A DNA stretch of 26,083 nucleotides. Source: a virus (lineage: Duplodnaviria > Caudoviricetes). The notes under the pieces were generated by a model. It did no database searches. It saw nothing but the letters and a program-made list of their open reading frames with translations, and was not told the origin of the DNA. The translations under genes and the position numbers were made by a program. The DNA lies in IMG/VR virus record IMGVR_UViG_3300027323_000004, positions 1 through 26,083 of that record. One strand, 5' to 3'. Shown one piece after another: positions 10,801 to 20,501 of this stretch; positions within the stretch are counted from its first letter, which is position 1, and every line of letters begins with the position of its first letter.

Positions 10801-13800
10801 AAAGCAAAAGAAAGTGGCGTTAAATCATATAGAGAAGCCGTCGATTTTGTTAGAAAAGACCTGGGTGACTTCATCCCTGAAAACATTGAAAATGGCGTAG
10901 ATGGCGGTGCAGTTCAAACAGAAATATCTAACGCATGGCAATATATTGATAATCAAAATTTTAAGAAAAAAATAGTAGAAACGAAAACTAAACTTAATTT
11001 TGTTGTTGGTCAAAAAATAGGAAAAATAACACCAAACACAGGAAAAATGATTCGTGGTGTCTCGATTGACTCAATTACAAATGATGGTTATGTAGTAACC
11101 GGCGTACTTGGCAATAAACGCGCTAAACTTACATTAGATGCGGTTTCTTTAAAAAGAGCTATTGACAGGGCAAATCCAGAAGGGAAAAAGGACAGCGAGA
11201 GCGACCTACTAGATACATTCTTCAACGACGGCAATGATACAAAAAATAAAAAACCTATAGAAGTATCTGACCACGCAGGCAACAGGGATAAAGATATTGC
11301 AGAATTAAACGCTGTTATTACGTTTCTTGAGTCACAGCACAAAACAGTTTCAGGTAATGCGCCAAAAGATCATAAAGGAAACATCGAATTCGATAATGGC
11401 AATAAAGTAAATATTGGAAAACTCAATCGTAAAAAACATGGGCAAGTATTGCAAAGCATAGCAAGCGACATTAAAGCAGTTAAAGGATGGGTTGAAAAAG
11501 TAACAAACGGTGACAAATCACTTAAAGATATTAAGGCAATCTTGTTTGAAAATAATGACACATTGGCGAAACAATGGGCTAATACATTCAACGAAGCTGC
11601 CAAACCTTTACAATCAAACACACAAACCTTTACAACAGAAGCCGCAAAACAAGCTGAACCCACTGTTAAGTCGGAAACTACCCCTGTTACCGACATAAAC
11701 AAAAGCATTAAGACAGAAACTGGCAAAACTCAAGAAAAAACAAAACAGGAAGAAGCCAAGACAAAAGAATCTAACGAACTAACTGCAACTAAAGTACTTG
11801 ATGACGCTGCCATTACCGGAAAAGACCGCCTTGATGCTATTAGCAAATTTCGCAGTGGTGAATACACGCTGGATGATTTGAAAGCGGCTTACCCTGCTGA
11901 CAAAACTCAAAATAAAGAAACAGAGGTAAAAACTGATACGGTTGATAAAGAATCAAAAACCAGTCAAGAAAATAAAATAAAGACTGGAGCCGTAATTGAC
12001 AAGGCTGACAATAAAGCCGTTAAATCAAAAGCTAACCAAGAAACAAAAAAAGATGATATGGATCAAGTTTCTGGTGAGAAGATTGAAGACTTCGGTGAGA
12101 AAATAGGCGGTTCCAGAAAAGATGCATGGTCTGGATTTAGAGAGCAGGTAGGCAAGAATCTATCTCAAGATGAACTTGAAACTTTGCCACTAAGCAAGTC
12201 ATTTCCTGAGCCAAACTATAAAGCATTGGCAGCTAATGGTGCGGATAAAACGGCGCTTGCGGCTATCAAGGTAATGCGTGACGAGATACCAACAAAAGGG
12301 CGAACTCTGTACAAAAAAGCACGTTATGTTGAAGCGGTTAAGTTGGCGCGTAATACTGCTAATAGTATTCTTGATAGTGATAGCTTCGCCGATAAATTCA
12401 TTTCTGGTCTGCGTGAGAATGAAAACCTATCTAAACTAGCTGACCGTATTGATTTGCTGATTGAGTTCGGGTTTCCTGAAAGCGGTGCCAGCTTAAAAGG
12501 CGTGACGCTCGAAAAAGTGCATTATACTATCTGGAATGGTGAGAAAAATGTAACAAAATGGGTGGTTGATGTTACCGCTAAAAGTAAGGAATCGTTTGGC
12601 GGCATGGGTGGAAATATTATACAAGCCGATACACGAGAAGAAGCCATTGCTGCATTAAAAAAACATGCAGAGACAATAGAAAATCAGCCAAAAGGTAAGC
12701 GTGTAACAAAGTTTGATGTATATAAGTACCGTGGCACAGAGGGTAGTCGTGGCTGGATAATTGGTAAAAAGATCGGGCGGAACCATGCTGACCTTGCAGA
12801 AGGGTTTGAAACATCGGCTGAAGCAAGGGCTTATGTTAATGAAAACCAGCAGGAAATAGAAGATAAGTTAGAAAAGTTCAAAGCGATTCCAAAACATAGG
12901 AAAGACGTTAATACTGCTCGTTTAGGTGAAGATTATCGTAACGGTAAGAATGTAACGGCTGAAGAATTTGCAGATACATTCGGGTTCCGTGGCGTTGAAT
13001 TTGGTAATTGGGTTGGTCAGGAAAAACGCCAGCAAGACATTAACGATGCCTACGATGGGCTGATGGATCTGGCTAAACTTCTGGATATACCGCCTAAATC
13101 ATTATCGCTGAATGGAGAACTTGGTTTAGCCTTTGGTGCGCGTGGAATTGGTGGTAAAGATGCAGCTAAAGCGCATTATGAGCAAGATAAAATCGTCATC
13201 AATCTGACTAAGAAAGATGGTGCCGGATCGCTTGCTCACGAGTGGTTTCATGGCTTAGATAATTATTTCTCAAGAATACGTGGTGAAGGCGCGTCCTTTG
13301 TTACTGAGCGCCCACGAGAACTGTTAAATAAATCCATCCGTCCTGCGATGGTAGCAAGGTTTAAAGGCATATCTGATGCAATTAAAGAATCAGGTCTGCC
13401 AAAACGCGCAAGGATACTCGATGGCAAGCGGACAAAAGATTATTGGGGAACCATGCGAGAAATGGCAGCGCGTTCTTTTGAAAGTTATGTTATTTCAAAA
13501 TTAAAAGAAAAAGACATATCAAATGACTACCTGGCTAATATCGTATCTCAAGAATACTGGGAAGCATCTGAAGCATTAGGCATGGAAGAAAAGGATAGCT
13601 ATCCTTATGCTCAAGCTGAGGAGTTGGATTCTATCAATGGCGCTTATGATGAATTTTTTAATGAAGTAAAAACCAAAGAAACCGAAAAAGGCACAGCGCT
13701 TTACTCCCGTCATTCTGTAGCGCAAAATAGAAAGACCGCACCCGGTATTTCTTTAAAAACTGCACAGGACGCTATCAGTGAATTTAAGTCACAACACAAA

Positions 13801-16800
13801 GGCTACCCCTTCGGTATCAAATTCCGAGTTTATAAAGATAAGGAAGCAGCTTTTGGCAAGGACGAAGTTGAACGCCTCAGACGTGAAGAAGGCGTCACCA
13901 ATATTGGCGGTGCATATTATGGAAACACAGGCGAAGTTATCCTTATCGCTAGCGACCTGCATAACTTCGAGGACGCACTATCGACCCTCCGGCATGAAAT
14001 ACTGGCTCACCACGGCCTTAACCTCTTTTTTAAGGCTGTTAAACAAAAGATAATAGACCGGATCAAGGCTTCTCGTAATGAGCGCAGTCTGAAAAAACTA
14101 TGGGCTGAGATTGATAATGACTATCGTGGTCAAACTGAGGACATAAAAGCCGAAGAAGTCCTTGCTCGTATTGCCGAAAACAAACTCGCCCGATTAAGCA
14201 AGCTGTGGAACGATCTGATTCAGATGATTCGCAATTTCCTGATTGATAAAGGCTGGCTCACTGACAAAGTTACAAAGGGTGAATTAATCCAGCTCGTGCA
14301 GGATATAAGCACGTCAATTGCGCGTGGTGCAGATCAAAAGACTTTCCCTGAGTCTGACTTGCATACCGGGCTGGAAAAGGCGCAGTTAAGTAATGAAGCC
14401 GATCATATTTTCTACTCACAAATGCACCGCGTATTGGCCGATAAACTACAAGGCAAAGGTACGGGTGCTTCCTACGCGAAAACCATAACTGCATTTGTTA
14501 ATAAAGGTCAGTTCAAAAAAGAAGAATACGAGTGGTCTGGCGTTGATGAATGGTTAAAATCCAATGCCATGAAGAAAATAACTAAATCTGACGTGCTGGA
14601 TTATATTACGGCTAATCAGATTCAGATTAAAGAGGTTGAGAAGGGCGATCAATACGAGGTTGTTCTAACCGGTGAAACGCAATATTTTGACTCATTAACC
14701 GATGCTAAAAATGCGCTTAAAAGAGAAAATGAGTGGATAGATGAAGACTCATCTTCAATTGATATAGAAGATGATTATATCAGCGTATACGACCATGAAA
14801 ATGAAATATTCAGAGCGGATAAAGATGGTGGTGAATGGGCGTACGGGAGAGTGTATATTGATAAAGCAGACTTACAGAGAGGCAGCAAGGATGACGCGAT
14901 TGAAGAGGCCAACGCAGAAGTAGAAAACATTAAAGAGCAGTGGCGAGGCGAAATATCAGAAGAGCCTATCTTGACTGAAGATGGTTATGGCGACTCTACA
15001 AAATTTTCAAACTACCAGCTACCAGGCGGAGAAAACTACACAGAGTTGTTGTTGGTGCTGCCTGCAAAAACCGCACTTCCAAGAACAAATTACAAGAAAA
15101 TCCCACCTGTAAACCATGAAGGAACTGTTAGCGAAAGAAAGTGGCATATTGTAGACGGTGCTGGAAATCTTATTGAAACTGCAAATAACGAAATAGGCGC
15201 GAATAATCAACTTAATCTTCTTGTCGAATCGTCAAAAAGTCGTAATGAATATCATGGTACCCACTACGACGAACCAAACATCCTAGCTCACGTCCGTTTC
15301 GATGAGCGTATTGATGCTGATGGTAAGCGGGTATTATTCCTGGAAGAAGTGCAATCTGATTGGCATCAGGGAGGCCGCAAAAAAGGATATATTAAAAATG
15401 ATGGGATGGAGCTTATTGCCTTTAGAGAAGAAATGAAAGCCAAGTACGGTGGTGATGCGTGGTGGACAGCAAGAAATGCAAATGAAAGGGATAAGGATGT
15501 AAGATTAGTGTTAGCTGCTAACGGTGTACCAAACGCACCCTTCAAAACCACATGGCCTATGCTGATAATGAAGCGCATGATAAGAGAGGCGACTACTCGT
15601 GGCTTTGATAAAATCGCGTGGACTACTGGCGAACAACAAAATGAGCAGTACGATTTAAGTAAACAGTTAGATGAATTATCGGTTTTAAAGAGAAGCGATG
15701 GCGAATGGATCGTATCTGGATCGAAAGATGGTTCGCAAATCATACAAAAAAGCACTACTGAAACTGGTCTAAAAGATTTAATAGGTAAAGATTTAGCGGA
15801 AAAAGTAATTAAACAAAAAAAATCAGACTCAAAAGCAGTAAATGTTGTAAAACTTAAAGGTATTGATCTCAAAGTTGGCGGCGAAGGCATGAAAGGATTT
15901 TATGATTCCATGCTGCCTAAAATGGTTAATAAGTATGTTAAAAAATGGAATAGCCGGGTAACAGGAACAACGATTGAAACACCAGGCTACGCATTAGGCG
16001 AAACACAAGCTGTACATGCAATCCCAATAACCGACAAGATGCGCGGCTCTGTGACGCAGGGTCAGCCGTTGTTTAGTCGTAAGGGTGGTGAAACCCATAT
16101 AGATAGCGACTCACAGCCATTAACTAATGAGGAAACATGGGATACACACGAAACACTTATTGAGAAACTTGAAGCAAAGGCTATTTATCGCTGGAATCGG
16201 ATAGCGAAGCTCCAAAAGAAGATACACGGTGAGCATAATACGCCTGCACAATCAGACGCGATAAAAAAAGAAGCCACTTTTTATGGCAAAGTTGGCGAAG
16301 GGTTTGAAATAATTGAGCGTGAATATCTTGATCCTGCGATGGAAGTATTAAAGAATAATGGTTTAAAGCGCCAGGATCTTGAACAGTGGATGTACGCCGT
16401 TTTTGCACCAGAGCGTAACGCGTGGGTACTCCAAATTGATAAATCTAATCCGAAGGGTTCCGGGATCACTGACGCAGAAGCTACCGCCATCAAAAACAAG
16501 TTTTCATCGGATGAACAAATAGCATTGAAGCAAGCGGCTGTGCATATTAGAGCTATGCTTGACGATAATATGAATATGCTGGTTAAGCATGGTGTTATAA
16601 CAGAAAAAATCAGATCAACTTTAAAGAAAAAATATCCAAACTACGTGCCACTACAAGGGAATAAAGAGGAAGAAGCATTATTATCGGCGCTAACCGGGAA
16701 GAAGTTTGATATTAGAGGAACGGGGCTTAAGCGCGCGCTAGGCCGTGTAACACCCGCTGAAAACATACTACCTCATGCCATTGCTAAAGCAGAGGCAGGG

Positions 16801-18813
16801 GTGATACGCTCAGAGAAAGCTACTGTTGGTCAAGCTATTGCTAATTTGTATATGGACGCGCCAGATCCTACGATATGGAAACTATATAAAGTAAAAACAA
16901 AGCAATCTGTTGACGCTCAGGGGGAATTGTTCGAGGAGCTGCTTGACGAGATCAGTGATATTGGCAAGTTTGCATCTAATGTAACAACGACTAAAAAAAC
17001 ACTTCGGAATGGGAAAGTGGTTAATAGCATTGATCCAGCATGGATGAATAAACCCCATATTTTTGCATTCAGAATGGGTGGCGATCAATATTATCTTGAT
17101 ATAAAAGATGAGGCACTTAACCGCCAGCTTAAAGGACTTGGTGTGCTTGAGTCAGGGCCGCTTGTCCGTGTTCTGGCTTTAGTAAATCGCTATCTTGCGG
17201 CTATATATACATCGTTTAACCCGGACTTTATATTTACAAATTCTATGCGTGATATTCAAATGGCGATTACAAATATTGCATCACAGACCGGACACCTTGA
17301 AGGTATGCACGATAATCCTGAAAAAGTGATGAAGGGACTGAAGAGTGAAGTATTAAAAAATTGGGGGCCTTCGTTAAAAGCGGTATGGATGCACGAACGC
17401 GGTGAAGGCGCTGATACAGAAGTTGGAAAATATTATAATGAAATGCGAAAAGGCGGTGGTAAGGTTGCCTTTTATTCCATGCGGGATATTGAAAGCCTAA
17501 AGGCTCGCCTGGATCGTAAAATTAAATCTGAGGGTGTGACAAAATCAACAATAAATGGTGCGCTTGATTTTGTTTCTAATCTAAACTCAGCGGTAGAAAA
17601 CGCTGTTAGATTATCAGCTTATATGGTACTGAGAAAACGCAAAATAAGCATACAGGACGCGGCTTTTGTTGTTAGAAATTTAACCGTAGACTTTAATAGA
17701 AAAGGTGAGTCGGCATCTGTGGCAAATGCATTGTGGTTATTTTACAATGCATCAATTCAGGGCGCGAGGGTGTCTATTAATGTTGGCGAAAGGCTGATTA
17801 AAAGCAACAAAGGACGAGCGTTTTTAATCGGAACAGTAGCAACAGGGTTTATGCTCGCTGAAATAAGTCGGCAAGCGCTGGGTGAGGGCGATGATGACCG
17901 TGATAAGTGGGATGCAATACCGGATTATATGAAACGCAGAAACCTACTGCTTGCATATGGCCCTGGTGATACAGACATTGTTAAATTTACATTACCTTAT
18001 GGTTTGAACTTAATCCCCAATATGGGTTACTGGCTTAATGACCTGATGCATTATGGAATTAGTGATGGAGTTAAAGGCAAGTCTCCACTCGCAGTTGCTA
18101 AAGAAGCGCTAATTTCCACTGTTTCAGCAACAAATCCAATAGGCAATGTTTATCCTACAATCATAACGCCTATTGTTGATGTTAGTATTATGAATGAGAA
18201 CTTTGCTGGGTATCAGATAAATAAAGAGCATGGGTCATTTGAGAAGCCGCGCAAGCCCGATTCTGAAACACACTATCCATCATTTAATAAATCATGGGAA
18301 AAAACTATTGCATCAACGATGAATAGTATTACTGGTGGTAATGAATATTCAGCCGGATTAATTGATGTGGCTCCTGGAACAATCCGCTACGCATGGAACT
18401 ATGTTACAGGCGGGCTTGGCGCAACAGTAGGGCGCATGGCTGCACTAGCTACAGATGCACAGACAGGCTTTGAAAATACTGAGCCTTACAGAATTCCAAT
18501 TATAAGAAACTTCACAGGTGGGCTGTCAAAATCTCAGGTTGGGCGAGATTACAGGAAAAACGTACAGGAATCGCTTGAATTTATGGAGGAAATAAAAAAT
18601 TCGACAGCAAGTGAAAGAAAGAAACTAATAAGAGAAAACCGACATAAATTTAAAATCGGCAGAATGGCTATAGCTTCAGAGAAAAAATTATCAAATATAT
18701 ATAAAATGCGTAATAGAGCCAGGGCTGCCGATAAAGATAAATTTGTTGAAAAAGCTAACAGCAGAATAAAAGGTGTTCAAAATAAATTCAATAAGGTGTT
18801 TTATGCTAACTGA
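7891..18813 (+). CDS. Giant polyvalent internal virion protein (LPD5-, LPD1-, zincin- and LPD38-like domains)
   Basis: 3,640-aa ORF (TTG 7891 or ATG 7897). 'IEDFGEKIGGSRKD' (~12080), 'FGFRGVEFGNW...GSLAHEWFHGLD...EMAARSFE' (~12980-13490), 'LRHEILAHHGL...EEVLA' (~13990), 'LFLEEVQSDWHQ' (~15340), 'VDFNRKG...LFYNASIQG...LPYG...TGGLG...IPIIRNF' (~17690-18520). Confidence 0.85.
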   Translation: MKMPENSAQASKYDSSSFFEEESSPSTDLVQYDSSGFFSNDSETDDSKNQNNAFAPYSDESNFDASLLNNLPSFEQEPVAKKTGSRGLIGEFARTIADVPTYAKGKVASVIEGDTPYAEYNRMDEWRKEAGELLEKRISEPGVNEKILFGYTAKDFRELGNNLAFSTVSMAAGLTGAIAAAPIPVPGTSWAGGGLASGVAAQRMATNEFLTSAVDVKNREREFTGKSPMTDAETKSYTKTIRGLANESGYWEAVPEAIGNVAGLKIITAPLRQFLGKNVASRLVTKLSSVYGVEFATETVTQIGQGNVAVDAGLSDKEKRSFTSPADVFEAFKEIAPATFLLTTVMGGTVGTGVYGYNRTIGDPKKAKIIIASTLEGNLELIPTKKLNTIISSAEDVFNRRKGDEKLKDAISALKGELASRGGTNKDIKQKSDNTEDITAVEGDMPVSTDIDPELVKAGNERIKARFAPDSDVSELVKADNKKIGETEKEISSIDTSDFGKPVRGAKGAAGETENSIDFNESDIEADQEDKLTLVAKNQQGIKDNNSIDFEYVDTKTGEKKAPESASDWFDAAHQIDYETPKQKERSFDELVESHNSRDVRSGLRQLRKQEKELSKGGNDAFSIIAQAGGVDRQSAIDEGVDPEDIKKLKAPVFGKTVFPHNGGRGVDDIGELLHEYGFAGEDGERLDKNAVLEILHAGINGEKTYSPEEAVAQADANATLDYIRPLIKKGESRIKDFKDYKELKEKYGVDVADFMYNNRRDNDSFEEAYNEWEATDNDLNEYENDYTEYTTSLDSVESEKISKEADALARLADLAEEKVGEAQTNAVVDALGTEGVETKDIARALYELVISEDKTNEKGQENRQEQSEPGSNARIAPAQTAPEAETIKPERAKSGNLKKKKLIDKAAHEAATSPENNLVEPATGQKEAETSNIYQLSKTSTESNNKWRNINLERTTPDKKDIKLIESVQKAKESGVKSYREAVDFVRKDLGDFIPENIENGVDGGAVQTEISNAWQYIDNQNFKKKIVETKTKLNFVVGQKIGKITPNTGKMIRGVSIDSITNDGYVVTGVLGNKRAKLTLDAVSLKRAIDRANPEGKKDSESDLLDTFFNDGNDTKNKKPIEVSDHAGNRDKDIAELNAVITFLESQHKTVSGNAPKDHKGNIEFDNGNKVNIGKLNRKKHGQVLQSIASDIKAVKGWVEKVTNGDKSLKDIKAILFENNDTLAKQWANTFNEAAKPLQSNTQTFTTEAAKQAEPTVKSETTPVTDINKSIKTETGKTQEKTKQEEAKTKESNELTATKVLDDAAITGKDRLDAISKFRSGEYTLDDLKAAYPADKTQNKETEVKTDTVDKESKTSQENKIKTGAVIDKADNKAVKSKANQETKKDDMDQVSGEKIEDFGEKIGGSRKDAWSGFREQVGKNLSQDELETLPLSKSFPEPNYKALAANGADKTALAAIKVMRDEIPTKGRTLYKKARYVEAVKLARNTANSILDSDSFADKFISGLRENENLSKLADRIDLLIEFGFPESGASLKGVTLEKVHYTIWNGEKNVTKWVVDVTAKSKESFGGMGGNIIQADTREEAIAALKKHAETIENQPKGKRVTKFDVYKYRGTEGSRGWIIGKKIGRNHADLAEGFETSAEARAYVNENQQEIEDKLEKFKAIPKHRKDVNTARLGEDYRNGKNVTAEEFADTFGFRGVEFGNWVGQEKRQQDINDAYDGLMDLAKLLDIPPKSLSLNGELGLAFGARGIGGKDAAKAHYEQDKIVINLTKKDGAGSLAHEWFHGLDNYFSRIRGEGASFVTERPRELLNKSIRPAMVARFKGISDAIKESGLPKRARILDGKRTKDYWGTMREMAARSFESYVISKLKEKDISNDYLANIVSQEYWEASEALGMEEKDSYPYAQAEELDSINGAYDEFFNEVKTKETEKGTALYSRHSVAQNRKTAPGISLKTAQDAISEFKSQHKGYPFGIKFRVYKDKEAAFGKDEVERLRREEGVTNIGGAYYGNTGEVILIASDLHNFEDALSTLRHEILAHHGLNLFFKAVKQKIIDRIKASRNERSLKKLWAEIDNDYRGQTEDIKAEEVLARIAENKLARLSKLWNDLIQMIRNFLIDKGWLTDKVTKGELIQLVQDISTSIARGADQKTFPESDLHTGLEKAQLSNEADHIFYSQMHRVLADKLQGKGTGASYAKTITAFVNKGQFKKEEYEWSGVDEWLKSNAMKKITKSDVLDYITANQIQIKEVEKGDQYEVVLTGETQYFDSLTDAKNALKRENEWIDEDSSSIDIEDDYISVYDHENEIFRADKDGGEWAYGRVYIDKADLQRGSKDDAIEEANAEVENIKEQWRGEISEEPILTEDGYGDSTKFSNYQLPGGENYTELLLVLPAKTALPRTNYKKIPPVNHEGTVSERKWHIVDGAGNLIETANNEIGANNQLNLLVESSKSRNEYHGTHYDEPNILAHVRFDERIDADGKRVLFLEEVQSDWHQGGRKKGYIKNDGMELIAFREEMKAKYGGDAWWTARNANERDKDVRLVLAANGVPNAPFKTTWPMLIMKRMIREATTRGFDKIAWTTGEQQNEQYDLSKQLDELSVLKRSDGEWIVSGSKDGSQIIQKSTTETGLKDLIGKDLAEKVIKQKKSDSKAVNVVKLKGIDLKVGGEGMKGFYDSMLPKMVNKYVKKWNSRVTGTTIETPGYALGETQAVHAIPITDKMRGSVTQGQPLFSRKGGETHIDSDSQPLTNEETWDTHETLIEKLEAKAIYRWNRIAKLQKKIHGEHNTPAQSDAIKKEATFYGKVGEGFEIIEREYLDPAMEVLKNNGLKRQDLEQWMYAVFAPERNAWVLQIDKSNPKGSGITDAEATAIKNKFSSDEQIALKQAAVHIRAMLDDNMNMLVKHGVITEKIRSTLKKKYPNYVPLQGNKEEEALLSALTGKKFDIRGTGLKRALGRVTPAENILPHAIAKAEAGVIRSEKATVGQAIANLYMDAPDPTIWKLYKVKTKQSVDAQGELFEELLDEISDIGKFASNVTTTKKTLRNGKVVNSIDPAWMNKPHIFAFRMGGDQYYLDIKDEALNRQLKGLGVLESGPLVRVLALVNRYLAAIYTSFNPDFIFTNSMRDIQMAITNIASQTGHLEGMHDNPEKVMKGLKSEVLKNWGPSLKAVWMHERGEGADTEVGKYYNEMRKGGGKVAFYSMRDIESLKARLDRKIKSEGVTKSTINGALDFVSNLNSAVENAVRLSAYMVLRKRKISIQDAAFVVRNLTVDFNRKGESASVANALWLFYNASIQGARVSINVGERLIKSNKGRAFLIGTVATGFMLAEISRQALGEGDDDRDKWDAIPDYMKRRNLLLAYGPGDTDIVKFTLPYGLNLIPNMGYWLNDLMHYGISDGVKGKSPLAVAKEALISTVSATNPIGNVYPTIITPIVDVSIMNENFAGYQINKEHGSFEKPRKPDSETHYPSFNKSWEKTIASTMNSITGGNEYSAGLIDVAPGTIRYAWNYVTGGLGATVGRMAALATDAQTGFENTEPYRIPIIRNFTGGLSKSQVGRDYRKNVQESLEFMEEIKNSTASERKKLIRENRHKFKIGRMAIASEKKLSNIYKMRNRARAADKDKFVEKANSRIKGVQNKFNKVFYAN

Positions 18814-18889
18814 AGCAATTTTTATCTATGTCGTACTATTTCTTGTCGTGGCTATTGTCCATGGTATTTCTTTGTGGCTTAATAGATGA
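18803..18889 (+). CDS. Putative 28-aa single-pass membrane peptide
   Basis: AAGGTG 4 nt before the ATG at 18803; overlaps the giant gene's stop; MLTEAIFIYVVLFLVVAIVHGISLWLNR. Too short for the ORF track. Confidence 0.4.
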   Translation: MLTEAIFIYVVLFLVVAIVHGISLWLNR

Positions 18890-18951
18890 TCTTATAAAAT
18901 CGTATCCTGCTTGCGTTATTCTATCTTGCTTGGCAGTAGCAACGGCAGGGG

Positions 18952-19239
18952 TCAATCTTTAACTTCAATATTAAGTAATTTTTTAAGAACATCAGCTTCT
19001 TTTTGCAAGACATTATTAAACGCATTGGCATCATAAAGTTGTTGTGCAATATCTTCATCTATGCTCATGGCTTCATCGACAATATCCGAATGGATTATTC
19101 CACGTAATTCAAGATGATCTTCAAATTCTGCCTGCGGTATCCGGTTAAGTATATGGTGGTACTGATCAAGGCTCGGCGCTTCGATGAAGTAGCCGTGTTT
19201 TTCGAGGTATCGCCTAAGTAGGTTGTTAATTATTTTCAT
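18952..19239 (-). CDS. Hypothetical protein, paralogue of 7489-7770
   Basis: 95 aa, ATGA-coupled to the upstream gene, with clear protein similarity to the + strand copy. Confidence 0.7.
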   Translation of the reverse strand: MKIINNLLRRYLEKHGYFIEAPSLDQYHHILNRIPQAEFEDHLELRGIIHSDIVDEAMSIDEDIAQQLYDANAFNNVLQKEADVLKKLLNIEVKD

Positions 19240-19655
19240 TGCTCACTCCACGGCTCTAAACAAGGCAACTTATCAACCTCTCGGTATTTCCCTGGTAATG
19301 TTAATACTTTACCGTTTTGTGTCCACACAGTAATAATAAAGCCACCGCCCTGGTCTGTATCCGGTAATAGCCGGTCGGTCTGGTCTGTTACCAGGCACAT
19401 TGAAAAAGGGGAGTTGGTATGATCTTCAAACAGTAATTCAATGGCTTCGCGGTTGTGTTCTGCCCATTGACCACGTGAGACAATAACCATATCAGCGGTT
19501 TTCATTTCAGTTATAAAATTCAACCAGCTATCCGGCACTAACAATCGTCCTGCCCCAGCATTCCATGATAAATAGCAAAAACCTTTTTGAGCGTGGTCGC
19601 TATCCCAGTAATTTGTATCAACTATTTCCTGACCATTGTTTCCGATTGTTATCAT
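19236..19655 (-). CDS. Conserved phage/MGE hypothetical protein
   Basis: Probable start MITIGNNGQ (ATG 19655), which removes the overlap with the HNH gene. 'TNYWDS.HA..G..YLSWNAGA.RLLVPD...ELLFED' resembles a recurrent MGE family. Confidence 0.65.
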   Translation of the reverse strand: MITIGNNGQEIVDTNYWDSDHAQKGFCYLSWNAGAGRLLVPDSWLNFITEMKTADMVIVSRGQWAEHNREAIELLFEDHTNSPFSMCLVTDQTDRLLPDTDQGGGFIITVWTQNGKVLTLPGKYREVDKLPCLEPWSEQ

Positions 19656-19689
19656 TTTCAAAAGCGCCTTATAATATTTGTTAAATAAT

Positions 19690-20301
19690 CTAAGCGTATT
19701 TCCATCGAAAGTCACCGACTTTAGACAGCTTGCGTTTACAGCATTTCGATATGCTTGAGTTGTCACATCCTGTCTCACGAAACGCTTTGTTTTGCGAGTA
19801 ATATTCTGCAATGAAATTACCGTCTAAATCCATTTGAACGACAGCTTTAAGCTTTTTTTTGTTTATTCCTGCTTTCATGTCAGCATGTCCTTTTGCCTTA
19901 TTTTCTGACCATGTAATCCATTGAATGTTGTCAAAAGTATAAGGCTTGTAATCATCAACTCTGTCAGCACTAGGCACAAAATCTTTTTTGTAACCAGATT
20001 TTACCCATTGCTTATAAAGCCGGTTGAATTTTCGTTTAGCTAACGCCCACGCCCGAAATTCATCTAATGTGTAGCACGGAACTGGGTGGTTTTTTTTCTT
20101 TGAACGGGCGCGTTGACTGTAATAAATATTCGATAATAACCGATATTTAGTATGACTTTGCTCTTTTTTCAGTTTATCAGCACATGCTTTACAGCAGCGC
20201 TGTAATCCATTTTTTTTTCTCCTATCTGGATAAAACTCCGATAACGCATTTACTTCGCGGCACTTTGCACAAATTTTAGTGATAAGATTCTTGTAGGTCA
20301 T
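19690..20301 (-). CDS. HNH-type homing endonuclease-like protein with N-terminal Zn finger and C-terminal NUMOD1 domain
   Basis: CAKC...CKAC; 'PSADRVDDYKPYTFDNIQWITWSENKAK' (beta-beta-alpha-metal-like); 'KAVVQMDLDGNFIAEYYS...A.RETG...SSISKCC...GDFRWKY' (NUMOD1). GGAG RBS. Confidence 0.75.
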   Translation of the reverse strand: MTYKNLITKICAKCREVNALSEFYPDRRKKNGLQRCCKACADKLKKEQSHTKYRLLSNIYYSQRARSKKKNHPVPCYTLDEFRAWALAKRKFNRLYKQWVKSGYKKDFVPSADRVDDYKPYTFDNIQWITWSENKAKGHADMKAGINKKKLKAVVQMDLDGNFIAEYYSQNKAFRETGCDNSSISKCCKRKLSKVGDFRWKYA

Positions 20302-20469
20302 AGCTTGTCAACTCCAAGTTGTGATTTAGGGGCAGGTAGTTATCGCTACCTGTTTCCGATTATATAATTTATGTGTTATTCTATTTCCGAACTGTATTGT
20401 AACTATTTGTTTCATATAGACGAAAAGTGACGTTTTTGACAGTAGTCAATACCATACAATCTACTTTAA

Positions 20470-20482
20470 AATCAACATTTTA
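20470..20482 (+). promoter_or_regulatory. IHF binding site, left of the att core
   Basis: AATCAA-CATT-TTA matches WATCAANNNNTTR exactly. Confidence 0.6.
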
Positions 20483-20501
20483 ACGCAGTTTGTCCTGGTA
20501 T

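Noticed and set aside
311-17088. Many short antisense or alternate-frame ORFs in the track (e.g. 4151-4645, 8958-9392, 15366-15890)
   Set aside because: They are shadows of long, motif-bearing + strand genes and show no recognisable features.
19656-19811. N-terminal extension of the tracked 191-aa ORF
   Set aside because: It overlaps the NUMOD1 coding region; the ATG at 19655 is the more plausible start.
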